Source: Crocosphaera subtropica ATCC 51142 (lineage in GTDB: Bacteria > Cyanobacteriota > Cyanobacteriia > Cyanobacteriales > Microcystaceae). From it: a DNA stretch of 32,000 nt. A program made the translations under genes and the position numbers. The number at the start of each line of letters is the position of its first letter. Position 1 is the first letter of the stretch. The stretch lies in NCBI RefSeq assembly GCF_000017845.1, contig NC_010546.1:3360001-3392000 (forward strand), written 5' to 3'. Below are positions 17,557 to 25,667 of this stretch, in pieces. The notes beneath the pieces were generated by a model. It was not told the DNA's origin. It saw only the letters and a program-made list of their open reading frames with translations, and ran no database searches.

Positions 17557-18350
17557 TTTTGTTGATGAGGCTTATGCTTGACTGGTTTAATGGGTTTGGG
17601 TAACGGGAAATGAGGAGAGGAGGAAGGAAGGGGACGATCTAAGTTATGGCTAGGGGATGAAGGGCGATCGCTATTTTGTGACCGTTTTTGAGGACGAAAT
17701 GGTGATGAACTTCGTTTTTTATCGAAATTCCCCTTCTTTTTGCTCATGCTTCCTAAATTGGTTCCTGTTTTAATGGTCAGTTGATTATCCATCAATTCGA
17801 CTTGTAGATCCCAAAAACAACCCACTGCTTGATCAGGAAGGACTCCTTGCAATTTCAGCTTAAAAAACCGAGGTTTTCCTGAAGAATCCCTAGGAGACTG
17901 ACGAATTTTAACAATGACAATTTTTTTGGTGTGGGACGCATAAATGACTTGGCCACGAATGGAAAAATCCCCACTTTTGATGGGAACACCAGAGGATAGG
18001 TAATCTTCTGATAGGGATACATCAGTTCTTTGAGGATGTAAGGTTTCAGGTTCCCAAACGCCGACGATTTGTAATTGTAGTTGATTGTCAGCAAACCGAG
18101 TTCGGGGGTAAACAACCCACAAATGGGGTTTATCTAAATCAATATGTTTTTTGAAGAGACTGAGAACTTTACCTAAAACAACAGTATCAATAATGCTGCC
18201 TTCTTTGGTGATCAGTATTCCTCTCGTTTGATGGTCTTGAGAACGCTGATATTGACCCTCAATTAAACCAATTGCCCGATATTGTCTAGGACGACTCGGA
18301 GGAGGAATGGGAACATTGTTTTGAAGGCCATTGTCAGAGGAAGATAGCAT
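17553..18350 (-). CDS. conserved hypothetical protein with a basic Pro/Ser-rich C-terminal tail
   Basis: 265-aa ORF. I recall the N-terminal two-thirds (RQYRAIGLIEGQY...HLWVVYPRT...VGVWEP) as a cyanobacteria-wide family of unknown function. The tail is low complexity (KKRSSSPFRPQKRSQNSDRPSSPS...). Its stop overlaps the DM13 stop (ttaa). Confidence 0.6.
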   Translation of the reverse strand: MLSSSDNGLQNNVPIPPPSRPRQYRAIGLIEGQYQRSQDHQTRGILITKEGSIIDTVVLGKVLSLFKKHIDLDKPHLWVVYPRTRFADNQLQLQIVGVWEPETLHPQRTDVSLSEDYLSSGVPIKSGDFSIRGQVIYASHTKKIVIVKIRQSPRDSSGKPRFFKLKLQGVLPDQAVGCFWDLQVELMDNQLTIKTGTNLGSMSKKKGNFDKKRSSSPFRPQKRSQNSDRPSSPSHNLDRPLPSSSPHFPLPKPIKPVKHKPHQQN

Positions 18351-18460
18351 AATTTCAGCCGTGTCACGGAATGCTTCTGATGACTAAATTATCAGCTTTC
18401 TTTAAGAAGTATAGGTAAATCAAGTATTTTTTAAGAATAGATGATCGGATTCTATCTAAC

Positions 18461-18841
18461 TTACAACTTTTCTAAATAACTTAATAAATCAGCCATATCC
18501 TGGGGACTCGGTTGAAATTTCGGCATAGGGGGGGTGTTACCACTGATTACTTGTTGAATTAAACTAATTTTTGATTTATGTTTTTGAACATGATGCAAAC
18601 TAGGCCCAACAATCCCATCAGCTTCTAAGCCATGACAGCCAGCACAATTAATCTCAAAAATTGCCTGACCTCTACTCACATCACCTTGACGGGATAACAC
18701 TTCATGAATGTAGGGATCGGAAATTTGATGAAGATACCAACCGACTATGACGACGATAGCCAGAAAAATCATGCCTAGAATAATTAGGATTAGTCGTTGG
18801 ATAGCATCCTTGGGTTGGATTAATTCTTCATTCACAGTCAT
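18461..18841 (-). CDS. membrane-anchored c-type cytochrome (class I)
   Basis: One N-terminal TM helix (LILIILGMIFLAIVVIVGWYL), the CAGCHG haem-binding motif, and a PPMP candidate axial Met. Confidence 0.8.
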   Translation of the reverse strand: MTVNEELIQPKDAIQRLILIILGMIFLAIVVIVGWYLHQISDPYIHEVLSRQGDVSRGQAIFEINCAGCHGLEADGIVGPSLHHVQKHKSKISLIQQVISGNTPPMPKFQPSPQDMADLLSYLEKL

Positions 18842-19114
18842 TTATCGTATTGGCCTTCTCTTTACATTTTGCAATCTTTTGGGGGTAAAAAGCTAGTCTC
18901 GTTAACTGATGTAACAATTTAAGGTAACTCTCACTCTTAATATTAATTTTATTTAAAAAGGTTTGACAAAATGCCAGTTAGTCATCACAGTAATGGAGTT
19001 ACCTAGTCTTTCGAGCAAGCAAGGGAGCAAAATTTTCCTGATTCCTCTAGAATTGGGACAACCTTCTCCAGTACCATAGGATAGTCATAATTGATCTCAT
19101 TGAGGAGAAACCCC

Positions 19115-19231
19115 ATGATTGAACCTTTACTCTTAGGCATTGTTTTAGGTCTTATTCCCATTACTTTAGCTGGTTTATTCGTTGCTGCCTACTTACAATA
19201 TAAACGGGGTAACCAACTCAACTTAGAATAA
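19115..19231 (+). CDS. petG: cytochrome b6-f complex subunit 5 (PetG)
   Basis: 38-aa ORF not in the ORF track: [38 protein letters not shown]. gaggag RBS at 19102-19107. Confidence 0.9.
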   Translation: MIEPLLLGIVLGLIPITLAGLFVAAYLQYKRGNQLNLE

Positions 19232-19350
19232 TGGTGTGAATGACCCGATGCTAATGCCAATAGACAGCTTGGGTTTACTCTCCAACAGATAACTCTGCTG
19301 ATCAAGAGTCATCTGATCCCCTCAACTATTGGTTGACCCACTTGAAAGCA

Positions 19351-19376
19351 CCCCATCCTCCAAGGATGGGGTTTTG
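19351..19376 (+). terminator. intrinsic terminator about 120 nt downstream of petG
   Basis: ccccatcc (19351-19358), loop tccaa, ggatgggg (19364-19371), then ttttg. Confidence 0.6.
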
Positions 19377-19562
19377 TCTAAAAATTAAGGGTAAGCTCAA
19401 ATTAATTATTAATCACCTTAAATTTATCAGATCAACATAGGGATAATCAAGGTGTTTAGCTTAAAATGATCTAAAAGATAGTGCTATACTAACAAAACTA
19501 TTTAATGATAATTTATCAAACAATTATCTCTGCATTAGCTCTACCTTTTCCATCCTCAAAAC

Positions 19563-21191
19563 GTGACTACTCAAACTCCTTCCCTTCCCAATAAACCAGA
19601 GACTTTACCCACCAATACCCTTGATAAAAGTCTCGATCGCCAAATGATAGTTATCCTTGACTTTGGTTCTCAGTATTCAGAATTAATTGCCCGTCGCATT
19701 CGAGAAACCCAAGTCTATTCTGAAGTGCTATCCTATCGCACAACAGCCCAAAAATTACGTCAACTAAACCCTAAAGGTATTATCTTATCAGGAGGCCCCA
19801 ACTCTGTCTATGATGATCGCGCCCCTCAATGCGATCCTGACATTTGGCAGTTAGGCATTCCCGTCTTAGGGGTTTGCTACGGAATGCAGTTAATGGTCAA
19901 ACAACTTGGGGGACAAGTTGAAAAAGCCCTTAGGGGAGAATATGGCAAAGCGTCTCTTCGTATTGATGACCCCACGGACTTATTAACCAATGTAGAAGAT
20001 GGTTCAACCATGTGGATGAGTCATGGAGACTCTTGTACCCGTCTTCCCGAAGGCTTCTCCATTTTAGCCCACACTGAAAATACCCTATGTGCTGCGATCG
20101 CCGATCACGATAAGAAACTGTTTGGGGTTCAATTTCATCCCGAAGTGGTTCACTCAGTGGATGGAATCGCCCTCATTCGTAATTTTGTTTATCATATTTG
20201 TGAATGTGAACCTACATGGACAACAGAAGCCTTTGTGGATGAAACCATCCGAGAAATTCGGGCTAAAGTCAGAGATAAACGGGTATTACTCGCCCTATCT
20301 GGCGGTGTGGACTCTTCTACCCTAGCCTTTTTACTACATCAAGCCATTGGGGACAATTTAACCTGTATGTTTATCGATCAAGGATTCATGCGGAAAGGGG
20401 AACCAGAACGCCTCATGGACATATTTGATAAGCAGTTTCATATCCCCGTAGAATATGTTAACGCCCGCGATCGCTTCTTAAAACAACTCGAAGGGGTAAC
20501 AGACCCAGAAAAAAAACGCCGTCTCATTGGTCATGAGTTTATCCAAGTGTTTGAAGAAGAATCAAAACGTCTTGGCCCGTTTGATTATTTAGCCCAAGGG
20601 ACTCTCTACCCCGATGTGATCGAATCAGCCGATACTAATATTGACCCCAAAACAGGGGAACGGGTTGCTGTCAAAATTAAAAGTCACCATAATGTGGGAG
20701 GCTTACCCAAGGATTTGCGCTTCAAATTAGTGGAACCCTTACGGAAGTTATTTAAAGATGAAGTCCGAAAAGTGGGTCGTTCCATTGGCTTACCCGAAGA
20801 AATTGTCCGCCGTCATCCCTTTCCAGGTCCAGGTTTAGCTATTCGTATTATTGGGGAAGTGACTTCAGAACGGTTAAACATCCTACGAGATGCTGATTTT
20901 GTGGTACGGGATGAAATCGGTAAACAGGGAATGTACCATGACTTTTGGCAAGCGTTTGCTGTTCTTTTACCCATTCGTAGCGTTGGGGTGATGGGGGATC
21001 AACGTACCTATGCCCATCCTATTGTATTACGGTTAATTAGCAGCGAAGATGGCATGACTGCCGACTGGTCGAGAGTGCCTTATGACCTCTTGGAAACCAT
21101 TTCTAATCGCATTGTTAATGAGGTTAAAGGGGTTAACCGTGTGGTCTACGATATCACCTCTAAACCCCCAGGAACCATTGAATGGGAATAA
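19563..21191 (+). CDS. guaA: glutamine-hydrolysing GMP synthase
   Basis: GATase catalytic CYGMQL, PP-loop SGGVDSS, and a C-terminal dimerisation domain ending [11 protein letters not shown] start as listed; an internal ATG at 19644 is an alternative. Confidence 0.9.
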   Translation: MTTQTPSLPNKPETLPTNTLDKSLDRQMIVILDFGSQYSELIARRIRETQVYSEVLSYRTTAQKLRQLNPKGIILSGGPNSVYDDRAPQCDPDIWQLGIPVLGVCYGMQLMVKQLGGQVEKALRGEYGKASLRIDDPTDLLTNVEDGSTMWMSHGDSCTRLPEGFSILAHTENTLCAAIADHDKKLFGVQFHPEVVHSVDGIALIRNFVYHICECEPTWTTEAFVDETIREIRAKVRDKRVLLALSGGVDSSTLAFLLHQAIGDNLTCMFIDQGFMRKGEPERLMDIFDKQFHIPVEYVNARDRFLKQLEGVTDPEKKRRLIGHEFIQVFEEESKRLGPFDYLAQGTLYPDVIESADTNIDPKTGERVAVKIKSHHNVGGLPKDLRFKLVEPLRKLFKDEVRKVGRSIGLPEEIVRRHPFPGPGLAIRIIGEVTSERLNILRDADFVVRDEIGKQGMYHDFWQAFAVLLPIRSVGVMGDQRTYAHPIVLRLISSEDGMTADWSRVPYDLLETISNRIVNEVKGVNRVVYDITSKPPGTIEWE

Positions 21192-21220
21192 GTGGAATTT
21201 GTTGACTAGAAACCCATCCT

Positions 21221-21247
21221 AATCTGAGTTTGGGTTAAGTTGAAAGG
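21221..21247 (-). repeat. degenerate MITE terminus (fourth, decayed copy of the aacctgagttcg family)
   Basis: aatctgagtttgggttaagttgaaagg versus aacctgagttcggtgttaggagttcgg (reverse complement of the copy 1 right end). About 20 of 27 positions match, allowing small gaps. Confidence 0.35.
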
Positions 21248-21393
21248 CTAATTCTATAGCAATTCCCATACTTGTGAGGTACAAAAGTGATCTCGAAGAG
21301 ATCCGCTTTGCGGTGGGCTTTGAGGCAGGAGGCAGGTTTTATACTAAATCGATTGCCATACCTGCCTAACGAGTCAAGAAAATGGTAGCCAAT

Positions 21394-21413
21394 AGACATC
21401 TCTAAGAATCCAT
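21394..21413 (-). repeat. solo end resembling the terminus of the IS5-type element at 28348-29546
   Basis: agacatctctaagaatccat matches the reverse complement of 29527-29546 (agacatctccaagaatccat) at 19/20 positions. It is preceded by aat, as at the IS junction. Confidence 0.55.
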
Positions 21414-21490
21414 CATAATATTTGCTTGGTGGGCGTGCTGGTTCCGAGGGGGCATACAGGAACCTGGATCTTAGATCCGAACGCTTCTGG

Positions 21491-21635
21491 AACCTGAGTT
21501 CGACGGAAGAGAATATATGGAAAACTGACAACCAACAAGAAGTCTCAAACCCTGATTCCCTCGTTCAAAAAATTCTAACTCCGTTGCGTAGCACGACGTA
21601 GTCGCGCTCCGAACTCCTAACACCGAACTCACGTT
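21491..21635 (+). mobile_element. MITE copy 3 (145 bp) with 5-bp TSD tctgg
   Basis: aacctgagttcg (21491-21502) and cgaactcacgtt (21624-21635) form a TIR with one mismatch. tctgg flanks both sides (21486-21490 and 21636-21640). The core gtctcaaaccctgattccctcgtt and the right arm match copy 1. Confidence 0.75.
21584..21606. other. 23-nt GC-rich segment within MITE copy 3, absent from copy 1
   Basis: Copy 3 reads ctaactccg-ttgcgtagcacgacgtagtcgcg-ctccgaactcc. Copy 1 reads ctaactccg-ac-ctccgaactcc. Confidence 0.65.
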
Positions 21636-21704
21636 TCTGGAGATTTGTCCGCTACTATTGCTGGTTCGTCCTGTAATAGCAAGATAGGTCTATAAAGGAA
21701 GAAT

Positions 21705-21726
21705 CCCCCAAATTCTATTTGTGGGG
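21705..21726 (-). terminator. possible intrinsic terminator of smpB
   Basis: The minus strand reads ccccacaaat-aga-atttggggg (one bulge) followed by attcttccttt, about 55 nt past the smpB stop. Confidence 0.4.
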
Positions 21727-21780
21727 AGTGTCAACTCGCTTTATGCCTTTAATTTTCATGATATTTGACGGAGAATAACT

Positions 21781-22248
21781 TTAGTAACGTTTCATCGCCC
21801 GTGACATTTCCCGTTGATCTTGACGACGTTTGACGGTTTCTCGTTTATCATGAAGCTTCTTACCTCGTCCTAGCCCAAGGCTTACTTTGACCCAACTTCC
21901 TTTAAAATAGAGTTTAAGTGGCACTAAGGTTAAACCTTTCTGCTCAATTTTTCCAATCAATTGACTAATCTCTTTTCGATGCAGTAGCAATTTACGGGTA
22001 CGTTTCGGGTCGTGATTAAAATATTGACTACTGCCTTGATAGGGTGAGATGTGAACATTGGTTAACCAAGCTTCACCGTTTTTGATGAAGGCATAGCCAT
22101 CAGCCAAATTAACCCGTCCGGCACGAATGGACTTAACTTCCGTTCCTACCAGTTCAATTCCCGCCTCATAGGTCTCTAAAATTTCATAGAGAAAGCGAGC
22201 TTTACGATTATCACTAACGATTTTGATAGCTTTATTGTCATTTCCCAT
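21781..22248 (-). CDS. smpB: SsrA-binding protein
   Basis: 155 aa with NRKARFLYEI, GTEVKSIRAGRVNLADGYA and a basic C-terminal tail, as is typical of SmpB. Confidence 0.9.
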   Translation of the reverse strand: MGNDNKAIKIVSDNRKARFLYEILETYEAGIELVGTEVKSIRAGRVNLADGYAFIKNGEAWLTNVHISPYQGSSQYFNHDPKRTRKLLLHRKEISQLIGKIEQKGLTLVPLKLYFKGSWVKVSLGLGRGKKLHDKRETVKRRQDQREMSRAMKRY

Positions 22249-22370
22249 AGCCTTTCTAGGCTAACATTTTCTTTAACTTTTAGCAATATTAAACAATGAT
22301 CACTGTTCACGGATCAATCAAACAGGTTCAAGCCCCTAACAGACAGATAGAGGCTCCAAACCCATGTATG

Positions 22371-22991
22371 TTAGTCGATGAGCGCGTTTAATAAGACATC
22401 GGTTAAAGACATCCCTTTCATATCATCAACCGTGACCGTATCAACGATATCAAATTTTGCCCCAGCCGATTGAAGATCATCATCTAATGCCTTATAAAAA
22501 CGAGTTGCATTCTTATCAGTTCCCACTTGAATAAAGGAAATACCTAACTCATCTTCTCGATCAACTTTCTGAGACGCATCCATTATCAAACTAATAACGG
22601 CTTTACGGTCCGTTGGTTCTCCATCAGTAATGATAATAAAGGTTTCTCCATTGGCTTGTGTTGTACCGGCTGCTTTGCGTTCAAAATAGTTGTTTAGACC
22701 ATCCTGTAGCACTGTAGCTAGGTCTGTTTGTCCCATCGGTTCGTTTTCTTCGTAAACTTTTGTCACCTTATCCGATGTGACATTATCATACCGTCTAAAA
22801 CGACCAGAAAATACATAGACCGTAATCCCATCAGGATCAATTTCTTCGCACTTTTTCGCTAAGGCTAAGGTTGACTCCTGGGCAATTTGCCAACGGGTTT
22901 TGCCATCAGGACCATCAGAAGTAGCCATACTACTGCTTTTGTCGATCATCAGGGTATAGTCCCGATTTTCGATTCGTGAGTCTCCTGACAT
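22371..22991 (-). CDS. von Willebrand factor type A (VWA) domain protein
   Basis: MIDAS DxSxS (IDKSSSM), a downstream Thr/Asp (ITDGEPTD), and about 200 aa of alternating beta/alpha pattern. Confidence 0.8.
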   Translation of the reverse strand: MSGDSRIENRDYTLMIDKSSSMATSDGPDGKTRWQIAQESTLALAKKCEEIDPDGITVYVFSGRFRRYDNVTSDKVTKVYEENEPMGQTDLATVLQDGLNNYFERKAAGTTQANGETFIIITDGEPTDRKAVISLIMDASQKVDREDELGISFIQVGTDKNATRFYKALDDDLQSAGAKFDIVDTVTVDDMKGMSLTDVLLNALID

Positions 22992-23263
22992 ATCAGAAAC
23001 AACCTCCTAGTAAATATTACATCATCTGAATGACTCTGCTTTCTAGCCTATTATGACCTTTGAGAATTGCCCACAAATATCCTGATTTTCATCATAATTG
23101 AGGAAACCATTGACCTCTATTCGTTAGAAATCGCTGACATAAAACACTTGAATTGTAAAGTCATATTGCGACACTTTATAAAAATCTTTAAATATTGTCC
23201 TTTTACCCGTCATCGTTATTAACGTAGAACATCAGAAGCAGCTAAATTGTGGAAATTTTTATA

Positions 23264-23584
23264 ATGGACAAAGAATCTCAAAAATACCGTATGGTTTGCA
23301 CCCTAACCTTCGGTGATATTTACGGTCAAATTATTGTTTGGTTAATTGTTATTTTCTTAACCCTAGCGAGTGTCCTAGGGTTATGGAGTAGCACTCGTCA
23401 AATTTATGCCCTTGCTGTGGTGGGACTGGTTTTAGTCTTGTCTTTACCCTTCTTACTGTTTGCTTTCGTTACTACTTTACTCAACCATATTGAGTTCACT
23501 CCCCTCGAAGCAACAGAAAGCACTCGTTCTTCTTCTCGTAGAAAAATCAAGGCAAATCAACAACCTGCCGAAGCAGCCGGGTAA
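23264..23584 (+). CDS. hypothetical small membrane protein (two TM helices)
   Basis: Two hydrophobic stretches (IIVWLIVIFLTLASVLGLW and ALAVVGLVLVLSLPFLLFAFV) and a charged tail. ATG at 23264 preferred over the listed GTG at 23249. Confidence 0.5.
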   Translation: MDKESQKYRMVCTLTFGDIYGQIIVWLIVIFLTLASVLGLWSSTRQIYALAVVGLVLVLSLPFLLFAFVTTLLNHIEFTPLEATESTRSSSRRKIKANQQPAEAAG

Positions 23585-23873
23585 TTCATATTGTGGAAAC
23601 GTTAAGAGTTTAATTGGTTACATAAATCTTAAAGTTGCAATAAGATAAAGATGAGTTGTGACTATTTAGGAGTAGGGAGCTTATTTTCCTTCACCCAAAA
23701 CCCTAATGATTCTTATCTTTTAACAATAGATCGCAACTTCAACCAATGGTTTCTCATCAAACGTTTCCACGAATCTATCGGAGTAAGCGTTAAGAAGTAA
23801 AATTTTTGTTTATTTTTATTTAGTTCCGTCTCAACCTTAGACATAATAAAGTTAGTCAAAGTCAAGACAACTG

Positions 23874-23940
23874 AAAGTTAAGTAACCTGGAGTGCTTAGG
23901 TCTCCAAAGAGTTGCCATTTTATTTTTGTTGCTTAACTTT
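23874..23940. repeat. 67-bp inverted-repeat unit (13-bp arms, 12/13 complementary)
   Basis: aaagttaagtaac (23874-23886) versus gttgcttaacttt (23928-23940). The interior contains ctggagtgcttagg, which weakly resembles the IS terminus ctggagtttagac. Confidence 0.4.
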
Positions 23941-24114
23941 TCCAGGAACTCTTAGAGAATTGATAATCTCTTCGAGATCAACATTGATGAGCATTGCCTG
24001 CTCATATTCTTCTGAGTTCAAACTGACCAATTCACTCTTACTCTTAGCTGTATTTTAACTAGGCTAAGGAAGTAATATCCTTGAAAACCTCTACCAATTA
24101 TTGGAGAGAAAATA

Positions 24115-24480
24115 ATGAATATGTTTAATACTTTAGCACAGTTTTCTCAAATCGCCATCGGGGGTTTAACCCTGGGAATCAGCACCTTAGTTTTTATTCC
24201 TTCTGTTAGCGCACAAACCGAAATTATTACCGACCCTAAACCTTTAGAAACCTATACAGGAACCCTGCAAGATTTAGAGGGAACAGAATCAAGAAACAGG
24301 GGTGAAAGCTTGGCTAGTGGAGGAGAATATCCTCGCAATATTGAGATTCGGTCCCTAGAACCTGATAAAAATTCCCTTGAGGCTAAAACTGAAGCTCTCA
24401 ATGAAACTTTAGAAGACCATGATTACAATTTAGGGGATGTCAAAAGACCCACTTATCGGGTTCCCTTGGTTAATTTTTAA
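24115..24480 (+). CDS. hypothetical secreted protein
   Basis: ggagag RBS, and signal peptide MNMFNTLAQFSQIAIGGLTLGISTLVFIPSVSA-Q followed by an acidic mature region. Confidence 0.55.
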   Translation: MNMFNTLAQFSQIAIGGLTLGISTLVFIPSVSAQTEIITDPKPLETYTGTLQDLEGTESRNRGESLASGGEYPRNIEIRSLEPDKNSLEAKTEALNETLEDHDYNLGDVKRPTYRVPLVNF

Positions 24481-24735
24481 ACATTAAAACATTACAAAGA
24501 TATGTTGGATATCTGTCAGAAATTATAAAGTAATATCAATTTTTGTTAAAACTTATTGATTTCTGGCCGATTATTGCTGTGAATTTATAAAAGTTTTTTA
24601 AAATTAAATTAGTGAATGCTGACATTTCGCTTCAGTTTGGATAATTATTAATAACCTATTAAGAGACTAGCCATAGATGGATAACTGACAATTAAGCGAA
24701 AGAGAAGCTCATTAGCTAAGTCGGAGAAAAGTATC

Positions 24736-25266
24736 ATGAAAGAGAGACAATTATTTACCAACTATCTTAAAAATCAACGAAATTTTCAAGGAGCTAGTTT
24801 ACACCAAGCCAACTTAGAAGGGCTTAATTTACAAAGAATTAATCTGAGTCGTGCAGACTTGAGTGGAGCAAACTTAAAAGAAACCGATTTAAGTGGTGCT
24901 TGTTTAGCTCAAGCCAATTTAACCGATGTGGACTTAACAAAAGCCCATTTAGTAGGGGCGAATCTCACAGAAATTAACCTGATTGGAGCGGATTTAACTG
25001 GAGCGGATTTAACTGGAGCGGATTTAACCAAAGCTGATTTACGCTGTGCTAATTTACATAATGCTAATCTCAATAAAGCCAAACTCCAAGAAGTTAATTT
25101 AGATGGGGCAGATTTAAGCGGAGCTAAGCTTTGTGGTGCCACTATTGTTAACACCGATTTAGGTGTGGCTGACACCCAAGAAATGTCCTTAGACAACACC
25201 GAACAATGTGAATCAAAAGAATCTTTATCAGTGACATCAGCTAATTGGGTTAGTTGGGCTGGTTAA
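24736..25266 (+). CDS. pentapeptide repeat protein
   Basis: About 25 consecutive A(D/N)LxG/A-type pentapeptides (ANLEGLNLQRINLSRADLSGANLKETDLSGACL...). Confidence 0.85.
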   Translation: MKERQLFTNYLKNQRNFQGASLHQANLEGLNLQRINLSRADLSGANLKETDLSGACLAQANLTDVDLTKAHLVGANLTEINLIGADLTGADLTGADLTKADLRCANLHNANLNKAKLQEVNLDGADLSGAKLCGATIVNTDLGVADTQEMSLDNTEQCESKESLSVTSANWVSWAG

Positions 25267-25277
25267 GTTTAAGTTAA

Positions 25278-25658
25278 ATTTATACAGAAGAAGCAGCCGA
25301 GGTTCAAGTCGATATTGCTGCTATTAGTGGGTTAACCAGTCTTTTGCAGGGCATGACTACCATTTCATACCAAATCCGCTTATTTTAGTAGAGTAACGTT
25401 TTTTCTCCTTTCTCCCTGCTCCCTGCTCCGAGAGTTGATAATACACTATCTAAAGCGGATCTCGTATCAGAAAAACAGGAAAGCCAACTGCTATCGGGAC
25501 TGTGGTATATTAACATCCATACCGAGGCTAATCCTCCAGGGGAAATTAGAGGACAAGTTAACATTAATACTATTCCTGAACCTTTTACCCTAGGACTTTT
25601 AGGCATGGCTGGTGTAACTTTTCTTGGGTATCAATTACGCAAAAAAAGATTAGGTTAA
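25278..25658 (+). pseudogene. CHRD-domain protein with PEP-CTERM sorting tail, decayed (5'-truncated, in-frame double stop)
   Basis: One frame reads ...EEAAEVQVDIAAISGLTSLLQGMTTISYQIRLF-TAG-TAG-...LSGLWYINIHTEANPPGEIRGQVNINTIPEPFTLGLLGMAGVTFLGYQLRKKRLG*. It has a CHRD ending (HT..P.GEIRGQ) and a PEP-CTERM tail (PEP + TM + RKKR). There is no start codon, and the central HIH region is missing. Confidence 0.6.
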
Positions 25659-25667
25659 CTGCAACCT

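Noticed and set aside
21192-21780. tmRNA (ssrA) gene next to smpB
   Set aside because: On either strand there is no GGGGCUG-type 5' end, no T-arm (GGTTCGA-type) followed by CCA, and no ANN...AA tag reading frame. The region is better explained by IS and MITE debris.
24985-25029. Three tandem 15-bp units (ggagcggatttaact), considered as a possible CRISPR-like or VNTR repeat
   Set aside because: They lie inside the pentapeptide-repeat CDS and encode consecutive GADLT units. There are no spacers. This is a coding repeat.
24909-25606. Minus-strand ORFs 24909..25199 and 25385..25606
   Set aside because: The first is the antisense frame of the pentapeptide repeats, which stays open because of the repeats. 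The second is antisense to the CHRD/PEP-CTERM remnant.
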